Assembly: GCA_041845175.1 (NCBI GenBank)
Contig: JBGZCE010000137.1
Coordinates: forward strand, 1-40,863
DNA length: 40,863 bases
Reading direction: 5' to 3'
From: Filifactoraceae bacterium
Lineage (GTDB): Bacteria; Bacillota; Clostridia; Peptostreptococcales; Filifactoraceae
In this document: positions 1-9,079 of the stretch, piece by piece
Numbering within the stretch: position 1 is the first letter of the stretch
Layout of the letters: each line of letters opens with the position of its first letter
The notes under the pieces: model-generated
Told to the model about the DNA's origin: nothing
Seen by the model: the letters and a program-made list of their open reading frames with translations, nothing else
The model's database searches: none
Translations under genes and position numbers: made by a program

Positions 1-522
1 ACCAATGTGATCTCGATCACGGACGGACAGATCTTTTTGGAAACCGATCTGTTCAACTCCGGGATTCGTCCGGCGATCAATCCGGGGATCTCGGTATCGC
101 GGGTCGGCGGCAACGCGCAGATCAAGGCGATGAAGAAGGTTGCCGGAACACTGAAATTGGCTTATTCACAATATAAAGAGCTTCAAGCCTTTGCGCAATT
201 CGGATCGGATCTGGATGAGGATACCAAGGCGCGACTGGCAAGGGGCGAGCGAATCGTGGAGGTTCTGAAGCAACAGAACGCCTCGCCGATCTCGGTCGAG
301 CATCAGGTCATGATGATCTATGCGGTCAACAACGGTTATTTGAAGGAGATCGAGACGGAGGATGTTCGCGCGTTCGAGTCGCAGTTCTACCGCTATGCGG
401 ATGATCAGTATCCGCAGCTCGGGGAGGGCATTCGTCGGACGAAGGAGCTTTCACCGGAGCTGGAGGAAGAGCTCAAGACGGCGCTCGTCGATTTTACCAA
501 GATTTTTTCTGAAACGAAGTAG
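1..522 (+). CDS. atpA: F0F1 ATP synthase subunit alpha, C-terminal part (5' end outside the window)
   Basis: Frame 1 is open from nt 1 ([36 protein letters not shown]...), a typical F1-alpha C-terminal half. It is followed by gamma, beta and epsilon in canonical order. Confidence 0.95.
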   Translation, partial: TNVISITDGQIFLETDLFNSGIRPAINPGISVSRVGGNAQIKAMKKVAGTLKLAYSQYKELQAFAQFGSDLDEDTKARLARGERIVEVLKQQNASPISVEHQVMMIYAVNNGYLKEIETEDVRAFESQFYRYADDQYPQLGEGIRRTKELSPELEEELKTALVDFTKIFSETK

Positions 523-536
523 CCGGGGAGGTAGAC

Positions 537-1388
537 ATGGCAAGCGGAAGCATGAAGGACATCAAGCGGCGTATCAAAAGCGTCGAAAGTACCATGCAGA
601 TCACAAAGGCAATGGAGCTGGTGGCTTCCTCAAAGCTTCGCAGAGCGAAGGAGAAGGTGGAGCAGTCAAAGCCTTACTTCCGGATCATCAACGAAACAAT
701 GGAAAGCATCCTGCATAATACCGGCATCAGCGATTCGGCCTATACGGTCACAAGACCGGTCAACAGCTCCCTGTTCGTCGTCGTGGCGGGCGATCGGGGC
801 TTGGCAGGCGGCTACAACGCGAATTTGCTGAAATCGGCGATGAGTCAAATGGAGGGCAAGAATCCGCGGATCATAGCGATCGGCCGCAAGGCATGCGATT
901 TTTTCGAGAAGCAGAGCCATCCGGTGGTCGCGGGCTTTCCCAATATCGCAGAAGATCTGACCTTTGTCGATGTGTCGCGGATCGTTGCCGTTTTGCTGGA
1001 CGAATTTGATTCCGGGCGATCGGATGAAGCCTTCATCTGTTACACGGAATTCGTGTCCGCGCTGTCGCAGGTCCCGAGATCGCAAAAGCTGTTGCCGCTT
1101 TCGACAGCGGCGGAGCCGGGCAAAGCAAAGGGGAATATGGATTACGAGCCGTCTCCGGGATATGTTTTCAACGCGCTGGTCCCGCGATATCTGGAGGGCA
1201 TCGTCTATGCGACGATCATCAATGCCTTTGCGGCGGAGCAGGGCGCACGAAGAACGGCGATGGAGTCGGCGTCGGACAATGCGCTGGAGATGATTGATAG
1301 TCTGAATTTGCAATATAATAGAGCCCGACAGGCGGCGATCACGCAGGAAATTTCGGAGATCGTCGGCGGAGCGGAGGCGCTGCAATGA
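537..1388 (+). CDS. atpG: F0F1 ATP synthase subunit gamma
   Basis: 283 aa. N-terminus MKDIKRRIKSVESTMQITKAMELVASSKLRRA and C-terminus ARQAAITQEISEIVGGAEAL are typical gamma signatures. GGAGG RBS upstream; sits between alpha and beta. Confidence 0.95.
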   Translation: MASGSMKDIKRRIKSVESTMQITKAMELVASSKLRRAKEKVEQSKPYFRIINETMESILHNTGISDSAYTVTRPVNSSLFVVVAGDRGLAGGYNANLLKSAMSQMEGKNPRIIAIGRKACDFFEKQSHPVVAGFPNIAEDLTFVDVSRIVAVLLDEFDSGRSDEAFICYTEFVSALSQVPRSQKLLPLSTAAEPGKAKGNMDYEPSPGYVFNALVPRYLEGIVYATIINAFAAEQGARRTAMESASDNALEMIDSLNLQYNRARQAAITQEISEIVGGAEALQ

Positions 1389-1402
1389 TTCTGTCGGAGT
1401 GA

Positions 1403-2806
<1,404 letters not shown>

Positions 2807-2807
2807 T

Positions 2808-3206
2808 ATGAGCGAATTTCGTTTGCGCATCGTTACTCCGTACGGATTATTTTTTGACGACATGGTCGAAGGGGTGATTGTCCGAACGACCGAGGGTGAA
2901 ATGATGGTGCTCGCCAATCATATCAACTTTGCTTCGATCCTTGCAGTCAGCAAGGCAAGCATCAAACAACATGGGCAATACCGAGAGCTTACCTTGGCGG
3001 GCGGCTTGCTCGAGGTGGGCAAGGAAGCGACCACGATTATAAGCCATGCCGCGGAATTTGTCGACGAGATCGACATCGAGCGAGCGAAAAGAGCCAAAGA
3101 GACGGTGGAGCAAAAAATGAAAAATGCAAAATCGGTGGAAATGGATCTGCTCGAATACAAACTGAAAAAATCGTTGAATCGGATCCGGGCAAAAGAGCAT
3201 TCGTAA
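2808..3206 (+). CDS. atpC: F0F1 ATP synthase subunit epsilon
   Basis: 132 aa, starts 1 nt after the atpD stop. Size, position and the N-terminal beta-sandwich-like sequence (LRIVTPYG...) fit epsilon. Confidence 0.9.
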   Translation: MSEFRLRIVTPYGLFFDDMVEGVIVRTTEGEMMVLANHINFASILAVSKASIKQHGQYRELTLAGGLLEVGKEATTIISHAAEFVDEIDIERAKRAKETVEQKMKNAKSVEMDLLEYKLKKSLNRIRAKEHS

Positions 3207-3213
3207 AAAAAGT

Positions 3214-3248
3214 GAGCCGAAGTTTTTTGGAAACTCGGCTCTTTTTTA
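3214..3248 (+). terminator. Rho-independent terminator of the atp operon
   Basis: GAGCCGA (3214-3220) pairs with TCGGCTC (3235-3241), followed by a TTTTTT run. Confidence 0.8.
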
Positions 3249-3471
3249 CAAAACAATTTCTTGAAGCACAGATAAAATACTTACGAAATTAAAAGTTATT
3301 CCGGACGATCGAGAAGATTTGAAAATATTCCAAAGCGCCGTGAGCAAGCGAAAAAATAAGCGTTCAAAATATTTGCAAAAAAATTGAAAAAATGGATACA
3401 TATTTGAAAATTTGTGGTAACATAGAAAAAAATACTCTGAAGGGATTCCTTTGGGGGAAAGGAGGAAAGGT

Positions 3472-4017
3472 ATGAAGTCGGACATAAAGAGAGAAGAAAT
3501 GCTGGATGCGTTTATACAAGCCTTTACAGAGTACGGAATCGACAAGACATCGACAAAAAAATTGACCGCGAAGGCAGGGGTGAATGAAGCGCTACTCTAC
3601 TATTATTTCTCGGACAAGCATGACGCGGTGATCGCCTGCGTCAAGCGATGCTATGAGCGATACAAAAGTGGAACGGTCGACATTTTCCGCAAAAATATCG
3701 GGGATATTGACAAGATGATGGACAAGTTGCAGGCGTACACAAAAAAGACGATGCTCGAACAGCGATTCGCACTGGAAGTATTGACCCATCCGGTGTATTC
3801 GAAGAGCATTATCCCGAGTGTTGTTGCGCTCAACAAAGAGCTTGAAGACGATGTTCGAAAGCACGCAAGAGAAAGAGGCGTGGATGAAGATCTGCTCGTG
3901 ACATGGATCCAAATCGTAACCGATGCATTGGTCTACTATGTCATCACGAAAAACGAAGACAATTTCGTCAGCAAGAAAACCTTCATTGCGAACGAGATCA
4001 AAAAGCTGTTTGCATAA
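3472..4017 (+). CDS. TetR/AcrR family transcriptional regulator
   Basis: The N-terminal HTH (DKTSTKKLTAKAGVNEALLYYYFSDKHD) is TetR-like. The ATG at 3472 lies 6-8 nt after GGAGGAAAGG, so it is preferred over the TTG at 3451 used by the ORF track. Confidence 0.85.
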   Translation: MKSDIKREEMLDAFIQAFTEYGIDKTSTKKLTAKAGVNEALLYYYFSDKHDAVIACVKRCYERYKSGTVDIFRKNIGDIDKMMDKLQAYTKKTMLEQRFALEVLTHPVYSKSIIPSVVALNKELEDDVRKHARERGVDEDLLVTWIQIVTDALVYYVITKNEDNFVSKKTFIANEIKKLFA

Positions 4018-4043
4018 ACGATACTTAGAACTGACCGATGAAC

Positions 4044-4094
4044 AAAAGGGATTGCGCGGAATGAAATTTTTTCATTCCGGTGTAGTCCCTTTTT
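4044..4094 (+). terminator. Compound rho-independent terminator after the TetR gene
   Basis: Outer stem AAAAGGGA (4044-4051) pairs with TCCCTTTT (4086-4093). It encloses a perfect 10-bp hairpin, CGGAATGAAA/TTTCATTCCG (4057-4079), and ends in a T-run. Confidence 0.7.
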
Positions 4095-4267
4095 CGCATA
4101 CAAAACGGGTCGCTCTTGTCGAGCGCGCATGATAAAAGGATCCTCTATGCTCCCCTTTTTCGCGTACAATGCTGCTTACTCACGGGTCGATCGTCGCATG
4201 AGCTCGCTTCGGCTTTTGAGGGGCGGTCCATTATGCGTTTCAAATTCTTGCGGACCGTTTTGCAACA

Positions 4268-4292
4268 GTCGCCGGGAAAACGGCGATTTTTT
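4268..4292 (+). terminator. Second terminator-like hairpin with no obvious gene to terminate
   Basis: GTCGCCG (4268-4274), loop GGAAAA, CGGCGA (4281-4286), then TTTTTT (4287-4292). Confidence 0.5.
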
Positions 4293-4345
4293 ATGAAGCG
4301 CGAGAGGTTTTTTGTGTGCGCAAGACAGCTTAGCGTTTGATTGTA

Positions 4346-4374
4346 TTGACACATCGAGATTTTGGTGCTAAGGT
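4346..4374 (+). promoter_or_regulatory. Putative sigma-A promoter of the ATPase/Toprim pair
   Basis: Perfect -35 TTGACA (4346-4351), a 17-nt spacer and a weak -10 TAAGGT (4369-4374), about 50 nt upstream of the ATG at 4425. Confidence 0.4.
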
Positions 4375-4408
4375 AGTATTAGTTCTACTTTTCGGAACTA
4401 ACACTACC
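4372..4408. promoter_or_regulatory. 14-bp inverted repeat (operator or 5'-UTR hairpin) between promoter and RBS
   Basis: GGTAGTATTAGTTC (4372-4385) and GAACTAACACTACC (4395-4408) are reverse complements with one mismatch and a 9-nt loop. The repeat overlaps the -10 and precedes the AAAGGAGG RBS. Confidence 0.5.
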
Positions 4409-4424
4409 AAAAGGAGGCTATAAA

Positions 4425-5525
4425 ATGATCGTAATGAATTTGGAATTGAACAATTTGTATGCATTTAAGGATTTCAAAATCAATTTTTCATATCCCAAAA
4501 AGATCGTAAACTCATCGATCGAAGGAGAATATCTGCCGTCCAAGCCGAATTTTCGATATAAAAAAGTAAATATCCTTATGGGCGGAAATGCTTCGGGAAA
4601 AACCTCTCTTGGGCGAGCGATGGTGGACATCTTCAATTTTTTGGTGAGGGAAAAGACAGACCGCCTTGAAGAAGCGATCTGCAACAAGAACGACAATGCC
4701 TCCTTCAGCATCGATTTTGTGGAGGAAGGTACGCTATATCGAGCGGAGTGCATGATCAGAGCCGGCGAAAAGGAGACCACAAAAAAATTTGAGCTGGAAG
4801 TTTACGAAGCGAGCATCGCAAAAAAGGATTCTTATGAATCCTGTGTAAAAAAATTAAATAAAAAAATTGCTGATGAGGAGAGTACTTTTTTTGAAAAACT
4901 GGAAGCGCTCCCGAAGTTCGGCTGGCATTTTGCCTTGACCGACGACTTTCCCGGCGGTTTTTTTGTAAAAGACAAACATTCGGATCCGGAGATTTTGAGA
5001 ATCGTTTTGCAAGCGCTCGATACGGATATTCTTTCGGTAGAAGAGATCGAAGAGGTTGAAAACAGCTTTGTGATACGAAAAGAAAATCATTCCGTCATCA
5101 TTCAGGACGGTAAAACAATTACGGACAGCAAGCTCTCAAGCGGAACAAGGTCGGGAATAACGATTGCCCGGATGATCGGATCGATCAGACAAAGCTTTGC
5201 CGGTTGCTACTATTGCGATGAAAAATTTTCGTTTATCCATTCGGAACTGGAAAAGGCGATCCTGAGCATTATGATATCCTCGTTGAAAAACGAAAATCAG
5301 CTGTTCTTCACCACACACAATATGGAGATATTGAACATGGATCTTCCGGTACACAGCTTTACCTTTCTGAAAAAAAATCCCGTGATCGAAGCGGTCTATC
5401 CGGAGGATTATATCAAAAAAAACGATTTATCATTGTATAATGCGGTCAAAAACGATGTATTCAATTGTACTCCGAATCTGGAAAAGCTCTTTGAGCTGGA
5501 GGATATCCTGTATGAAGAGGACTAA
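4425..5525 (+). CDS. ABC-type (AAA_15/AAA_21-like) ATPase, candidate defense ATPase (AbiLi/AriA/OLD-N-terminal-like)
   Basis: 366 aa. Walker A GGNASGKTS, signature-like LSSGTRSG, Walker B YYCDE and H-loop FFTTHN. AAAGGAGG RBS. Visibly AT-richer than the flanking genes. Confidence 0.8.
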   Translation: MIVMNLELNNLYAFKDFKINFSYPKKIVNSSIEGEYLPSKPNFRYKKVNILMGGNASGKTSLGRAMVDIFNFLVREKTDRLEEAICNKNDNASFSIDFVEEGTLYRAECMIRAGEKETTKKFELEVYEASIAKKDSYESCVKKLNKKIADEESTFFEKLEALPKFGWHFALTDDFPGGFFVKDKHSDPEILRIVLQALDTDILSVEEIEEVENSFVIRKENHSVIIQDGKTITDSKLSSGTRSGITIARMIGSIRQSFAGCYYCDEKFSFIHSELEKAILSIMISSLKNENQLFFTTHNMEILNMDLPVHSFTFLKKNPVIEAVYPEDYIKKNDLSLYNAVKNDVFNCTPNLEKLFELEDILYEED

Positions 5526-6051
5526 AGGAAAAAAGTTTGTATATTTTGTGGAGGGCGAAAATGAAAAGGTTTTGATCAACTGTATCAAAAACCGATTTGT
5601 CGTGCCCGGTGTGGTGTCCGTATTCAATCCGCTGCAAAAAAATCTTAAAACACAGATTCGAATGCATCCGCCGAATACCTGCGTCATTTTGGTTTTTGAT
5701 ACCGACTCCGTTGAAGCGAGCAAAATCGAAATGCTGCGATCAAATATCCAAGCCTTGAAGAAGTCGAGGAATATCCAAGAGGTGATTCTGATTCCTCAGG
5801 TAAAAAATTTTGAAGATGAGCTGGTGGCGGCAACATCCGTTTCAAAAGCGATGGAATTTACAAATTCGAAAAGCGGGTCGGATTTCAAAAGAGATTTCAA
5901 CCGCATGGAGAAACAGCTGCTTGCAAAGCTGGAGGAATATCATTTTGACATTCGTCTGCTTTGGGCAAAGAATGCGGACAATGACTATCGAGAATTCAAC
6001 AATACGGCAGAAAAGATTAAATTGATTTCAAGTAAGGTCCCGAGAAAATAA
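5512..6051 (+). CDS. Small Toprim-like protein (RloB/DUF4435/DUF4276-like), partner of the ATPase
   Basis: 179 aa from the ATG at 5512 (GGAGG 10 nt upstream), overlapping the ATPase gene by 14 nt. Motifs: FVYFVEGENE (Toprim Glu), ILVFDTDS (DxD) and IPQVKNFEDEL (resembles the RloB C-terminal motif). Confidence 0.7.
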   Translation: MKRTKGKKFVYFVEGENEKVLINCIKNRFVVPGVVSVFNPLQKNLKTQIRMHPPNTCVILVFDTDSVEASKIEMLRSNIQALKKSRNIQEVILIPQVKNFEDELVAATSVSKAMEFTNSKSGSDFKRDFNRMEKQLLAKLEEYHFDIRLLWAKNADNDYREFNNTAEKIKLISSKVPRK

Positions 6052-6177
6052 GGGAGAATGATACGACTCGATCCTATTTCTCGGAGTTTTTGGAAATAGA
6101 GAGATGGCATTTTATGCTTGCTTGTGATAAAATGTTTCTATTGATAGGCTAACATTTTTGAATCGGAGGGAAACGGT

Positions 6178-6714
6178 ATGATTACGGAAATCAAAAACAA
6201 TATGAATGTGATCGAGTCGATGATCTATTTTTGGACGGCGGTGAGCGATCGTGAGAAGGTGGGTGAGCGTTATCTGGTGGAGCTGAGTGAATATCCGGAG
6301 ATGCAACTGCTTTACGACGGTGAGTTCAGCGGGGAGTCCGTGCGCAAGACGCTCAGTGCGATCTCTAACCGCGAGATGCTGAACAATTCCACGCAGAAGG
6401 AGCGCCAGTTCTGGAACAACAATATGTGGATGCTGGAGGATCTTTCGTTTATGAGCAATATGGTGGCGCCGCTGAAGGTGCTGAATTTTGATGCGCTCGT
6501 AGAGGAGATCAACAAGGAGAAGGATATCCGGACACCGAGCATCGAGGTGGTGTTTATTCCTGCGAACAAGGAGGAATTTTTTGTGAAGGGCAACAAGCTG
6601 GTGATCAACTTTTTCAGGGTGACGCCGGATTTGGTGCTGGGCGGCGAAGCGACGATCAACGGCAAGACGATCACGCAGTATGTCAAGGAAAAGATCATGA
6701 GCGAGTTCGAGTAG
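6178..6714 (+). CDS. Hypothetical protein
   Basis: 178-aa ORF with a GGAGGGAAACGG RBS and host-like GC and codon usage. I recognise no domain. Confidence 0.6.
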   Translation: MITEIKNNMNVIESMIYFWTAVSDREKVGERYLVELSEYPEMQLLYDGEFSGESVRKTLSAISNREMLNNSTQKERQFWNNNMWMLEDLSFMSNMVAPLKVLNFDALVEEINKEKDIRTPSIEVVFIPANKEEFFVKGNKLVINFFRVTPDLVLGGEATINGKTITQYVKEKIMSEFE

Positions 6715-6836
6715 AGCGCTTGTGTTTGACCTCGGAAAATCCGTTTGCGCACAAAGCCGCGGTCGGACAAAAAACCACCGGTGCGGGGAGAAGGGCTTGT
6801 GCCGTCTCCGTCCGAGACGGCGGAAAGGAGATCGGA

Positions 6837-7106
6837 ATGAAAATTCAGGAGCAGGAAGGCAGATTTTTTATTAATGATGAGAACGGGAATTTGCTGGCGG
6901 AGCTGACCTACACCGGCGAGGAGGTTTGGCATATCAATCGGACCTTTGTGGATGAATCGCTTCGCGGACAGGGGATCGCGGGCAAGCTGATGGAGGCTGC
7001 GGTTGCCAAGGCGCGAGCCGATCGGCGAAAAATCGTACCGGTGTGTTCGTATGCGGTGAAGGCTTTTGAGCAAAATGAATCGTATAAGGAGCTGTTGGCG
7101 GAATAG
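6837..7106 (+). CDS. Small GNAT-fold N-acetyltransferase (YjdJ-like, about 89 aa)
   Basis: ATG at 6837 after a GGAAAGGAG RBS. Contains RGQGIAGKLMEAAV (acetyl-CoA-binding R/QxxGxG/A motif) and VPVCSY. Length is typical of the single-domain YjdJ-like GNATs. Confidence 0.75.
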   Translation: MKIQEQEGRFFINDENGNLLAELTYTGEEVWHINRTFVDESLRGQGIAGKLMEAAVAKARADRRKIVPVCSYAVKAFEQNESYKELLAE

Positions 7107-7254
7107 AGCGCCCGCAGCGGGGACGAGAAGAAAGTAAAATCGTAGCCGAAATAAAAGTAAAGCAAAAGAACAAAGAGAAAACAAAAAACAAAGAAGCACA
7201 AAGAAGAAAGCGGAAGAATACAAAGGGCAGCAAAATAAAATCGTGGCAAGTGCA

Positions 7255-7288
7255 TAAAAAATCTCGGGCGGATGCTCGAGATTTTTTG
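7255..7288. terminator. Bidirectional terminator between the convergent GNAT and flhB-like genes
   Basis: A-run, ATCTCGGG...CTCGAGAT stem (7261-7282), then a T-run. It can serve both strands. Confidence 0.7.
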
Positions 7289-7292
7289 TGTC

Positions 7293-7568
7293 TTACCGCT
7301 CGCCTGCATATTTGAGCAGATAGATGTAGATGTCGACGATCATCTGATAGAGCTCCTCCGGGATCGGAGCGCCCAGCTCAAGCTGTGTCAAAACGGTTGC
7401 CAGTGAGGCGTCCTCGTGTACGGGGACGCCGTTTTGCTGTGCGGTTTCAAGAATTTTTTCCGCCATATAGCCCATGCCGGAGGCGACAATGATCGGCGCG
7501 CTGTTTTGCTGTTCGTCGTATCGGAGCGCGACGGCTTTTTTGCGGAGCTCGGATTTATATGGAGACAT
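7293..7568 (-). CDS. FlhB C-terminal-domain-like protein (EscU/YscU/HrcU family fragment, YlqH-like)
   Basis: 91 aa. KKAVALRYDEQQNSAPIIVASGMGYMAEKILETAQQNGVPVHEDASLA...IPEELYQMIVDI matches the FlhB cytoplasmic C-terminal domain pattern. Confidence 0.85.
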   Translation of the reverse strand: MSPYKSELRKKAVALRYDEQQNSAPIIVASGMGYMAEKILETAQQNGVPVHEDASLATVLTQLELGAPIPEELYQMIVDIYIYLLKYAGER

Positions 7569-8961
7569 TGATGCTGTTCCTCCCTTCCGTGATTTTCGGG
7601 AATACCTCGGTCAATTTGAGCTCGCCGGAGCCGGCTTCGACATAGAGGTTGTTTTGTCGGAGGTCGTTTTGCTCGATGATCCTTGCAAGATCGCTGCGTA
7701 TCTGACGAAAGTCCTTTTCCATTTCGCTCGGACAAAGGAGCTGGAGATCGACCTTTTTGTTTTGAACATTCATCACGAGGTCGAAGTTGCCGAGCTCGGC
7801 GATGTTGAATCGGATATAGACGCGCTGAACGCGCTCGCTGTCATTTCGTGCATCGTGACGGCTTTCGGGATCGATCCACATTTCCGAGAGCATTTTCTGT
7901 CCGTCGATCTCGGCGGGAAGCAGCGTGTAGACCAGCGGCATATAGACGCTTTCGTTGGTTAGAACGCTGCGCGCGATCTGTTCAAAGACGGCGCGGCTTT
8001 CGTGACGTTCGCTCGTCAGTCCTTTTTCGATCAGGCTGTTGATTTTGTCGGCGATCGGATTTTTGATCGTTGCCTTGTCCTGAAGCAGCTTGTGCAAAAT
8101 TCGGTCGGGTACGACATGATCGACATGGCCGAGCATTTTGGCGAAGGCTTCGTATTGAGTCAGGTTTCGCAGCGCGGCGGAGGAATTTTCAAAGCTGCCG
8201 CTTTCATAACGCGAAATGTTGAGTGCCAAGTGGCTCATCAGATCGCGCGCGAGTCCGAGATCGTTGGTTCTGCCGGTATATTTGGACAGTGTCGGAAGGA
8301 TCTCGTTTTTGAGGATCTCCAAATTGAGCCTTGTGTCGCCGGCATTGGCATTGGCATCGAGCTTTTCCGTCAGCTTGAGTAGGGCTTCGGCATCAGATTT
8401 GGGCATTGACTCGGCAAGCTGATGGAGATTTTGCAGGATGTTGCCGAGTATGCGCTGATTGGACGCCAGATCGTTGAACAGCTTGGCAAATTTGAGCACA
8501 TCCATCTGAAAGTCCACGGACGAATCCTTCATCATCGTGCGCAGCAGATCGAACAGTGCGAAGCTGTATCCGGTCGAGCTTTTGAGCTGCGTTTTGAGCA
8601 GTCCGCCGAGATCCTGCGATTCTTTGACGATCAGCTCGCCCAGCTCGTTCAGCTCACGCATCACATCGGGCGAGGCGACGACGGTGCCCTGGAGGGATCG
8701 GTTCATCAGCTCGCCGAGGCTTTTTGCCAGCGGCGGACTTTGATGGATGCTCTCCAAAAATTTGTTGTAGTTGGAAAGATAGTGTGTCCGCTCGCGCCCG
8801 AGTGCATCCTGCGCGCCTTTTTCGTCGCTGCGCGGCACTCTCGTCGGATCGGTCGGATTTTTGATATTCGGATTTTGAACGACCATCTGGCTCCCGCGTA
8901 CCGATTGATTGTATCCCGTCGTAGCGGCGGGCGGGGTGGTCACCTTGAGAATGTTTGCCAT
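7555..8961 (-). CDS. Hypothetical flagellar-locus protein, possibly FliK-like hook-length control protein
   Basis: 468 aa with an AAGGTGA RBS; its 3' end overlaps the flhB-like gene by 14 nt. The C-terminal region (LLPAEIDGQ...RVYIRFNIAELGNFDLVMNVQNKKVDLQLL) resembles the FliK C-terminal domain. The function is inferred from context only. Confidence 0.45.
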   Translation of the reverse strand: MANILKVTTPPAATTGYNQSVRGSQMVVQNPNIKNPTDPTRVPRSDEKGAQDALGRERTHYLSNYNKFLESIHQSPPLAKSLGELMNRSLQGTVVASPDVMRELNELGELIVKESQDLGGLLKTQLKSSTGYSFALFDLLRTMMKDSSVDFQMDVLKFAKLFNDLASNQRILGNILQNLHQLAESMPKSDAEALLKLTEKLDANANAGDTRLNLEILKNEILPTLSKYTGRTNDLGLARDLMSHLALNISRYESGSFENSSAALRNLTQYEAFAKMLGHVDHVVPDRILHKLLQDKATIKNPIADKINSLIEKGLTSERHESRAVFEQIARSVLTNESVYMPLVYTLLPAEIDGQKMLSEMWIDPESRHDARNDSERVQRVYIRFNIAELGNFDLVMNVQNKKVDLQLLCPSEMEKDFRQIRSDLARIIEQNDLRQNNLYVEAGSGELKLTEVFPKITEGRNSINVSI

Positions 8962-9079
8962 TTTTTCACCTTTTTATGCTATTGATATTATGATTTCTTC
9001 ACATCATCCGATAGTAATTATGTAACGATCACTAAAAATTATAACCATTTATAAAGAAAATTACAAGGTGGTGCCGATT

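Noticed and set aside
3340-3360. Imperfect palindrome TTTGAAAATATTCCAAA as a candidate TetR operator.
   Set aside because: Only 6 of 8 positions pair. It lies in very AT-rich sequence where such matches are expected by chance, and I could not define a convincing promoter around it.
4116-4340. 74-aa plus-strand ORF in the spacer before the island.
   Set aside because: It has no RBS, spans a terminator-like hairpin, and its composition is unlike that of the real genes here.
5440-5511. Upstream ATG at 5440 (ORF-track start) for the Toprim-like gene, and similar N-terminal extensions of the ORF track at 6720, 16744, 17216, 18330, 22110, 28487, 31475, 38478 and 28236 (minus strand).
   Set aside because: The extensions lie inside the preceding gene or in non-coding repeats, lack RBSs, and encode non-homologous sequence. 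Internal starts with good Shine-Dalgarno spacing give proteins that begin where family similarity or a signal peptide begins.
6801-6821. Perfect 8-bp hairpin GCCGTCTC/GAGACGGC abutting the GNAT RBS.
   Set aside because: It is real in the sequence, but has no T-run and no recognisable riboswitch context. It is noted only as a possible translational or stability element, with insufficient evidence for a feature call.
9007-9014. Possible sigma-D (sigma-28) -10 element TCCGATAG upstream of cheA.
   Set aside because: The expected TAAA -35 element 15 nt upstream is absent (TTAT at best), so this is too weak to call without TSS data.
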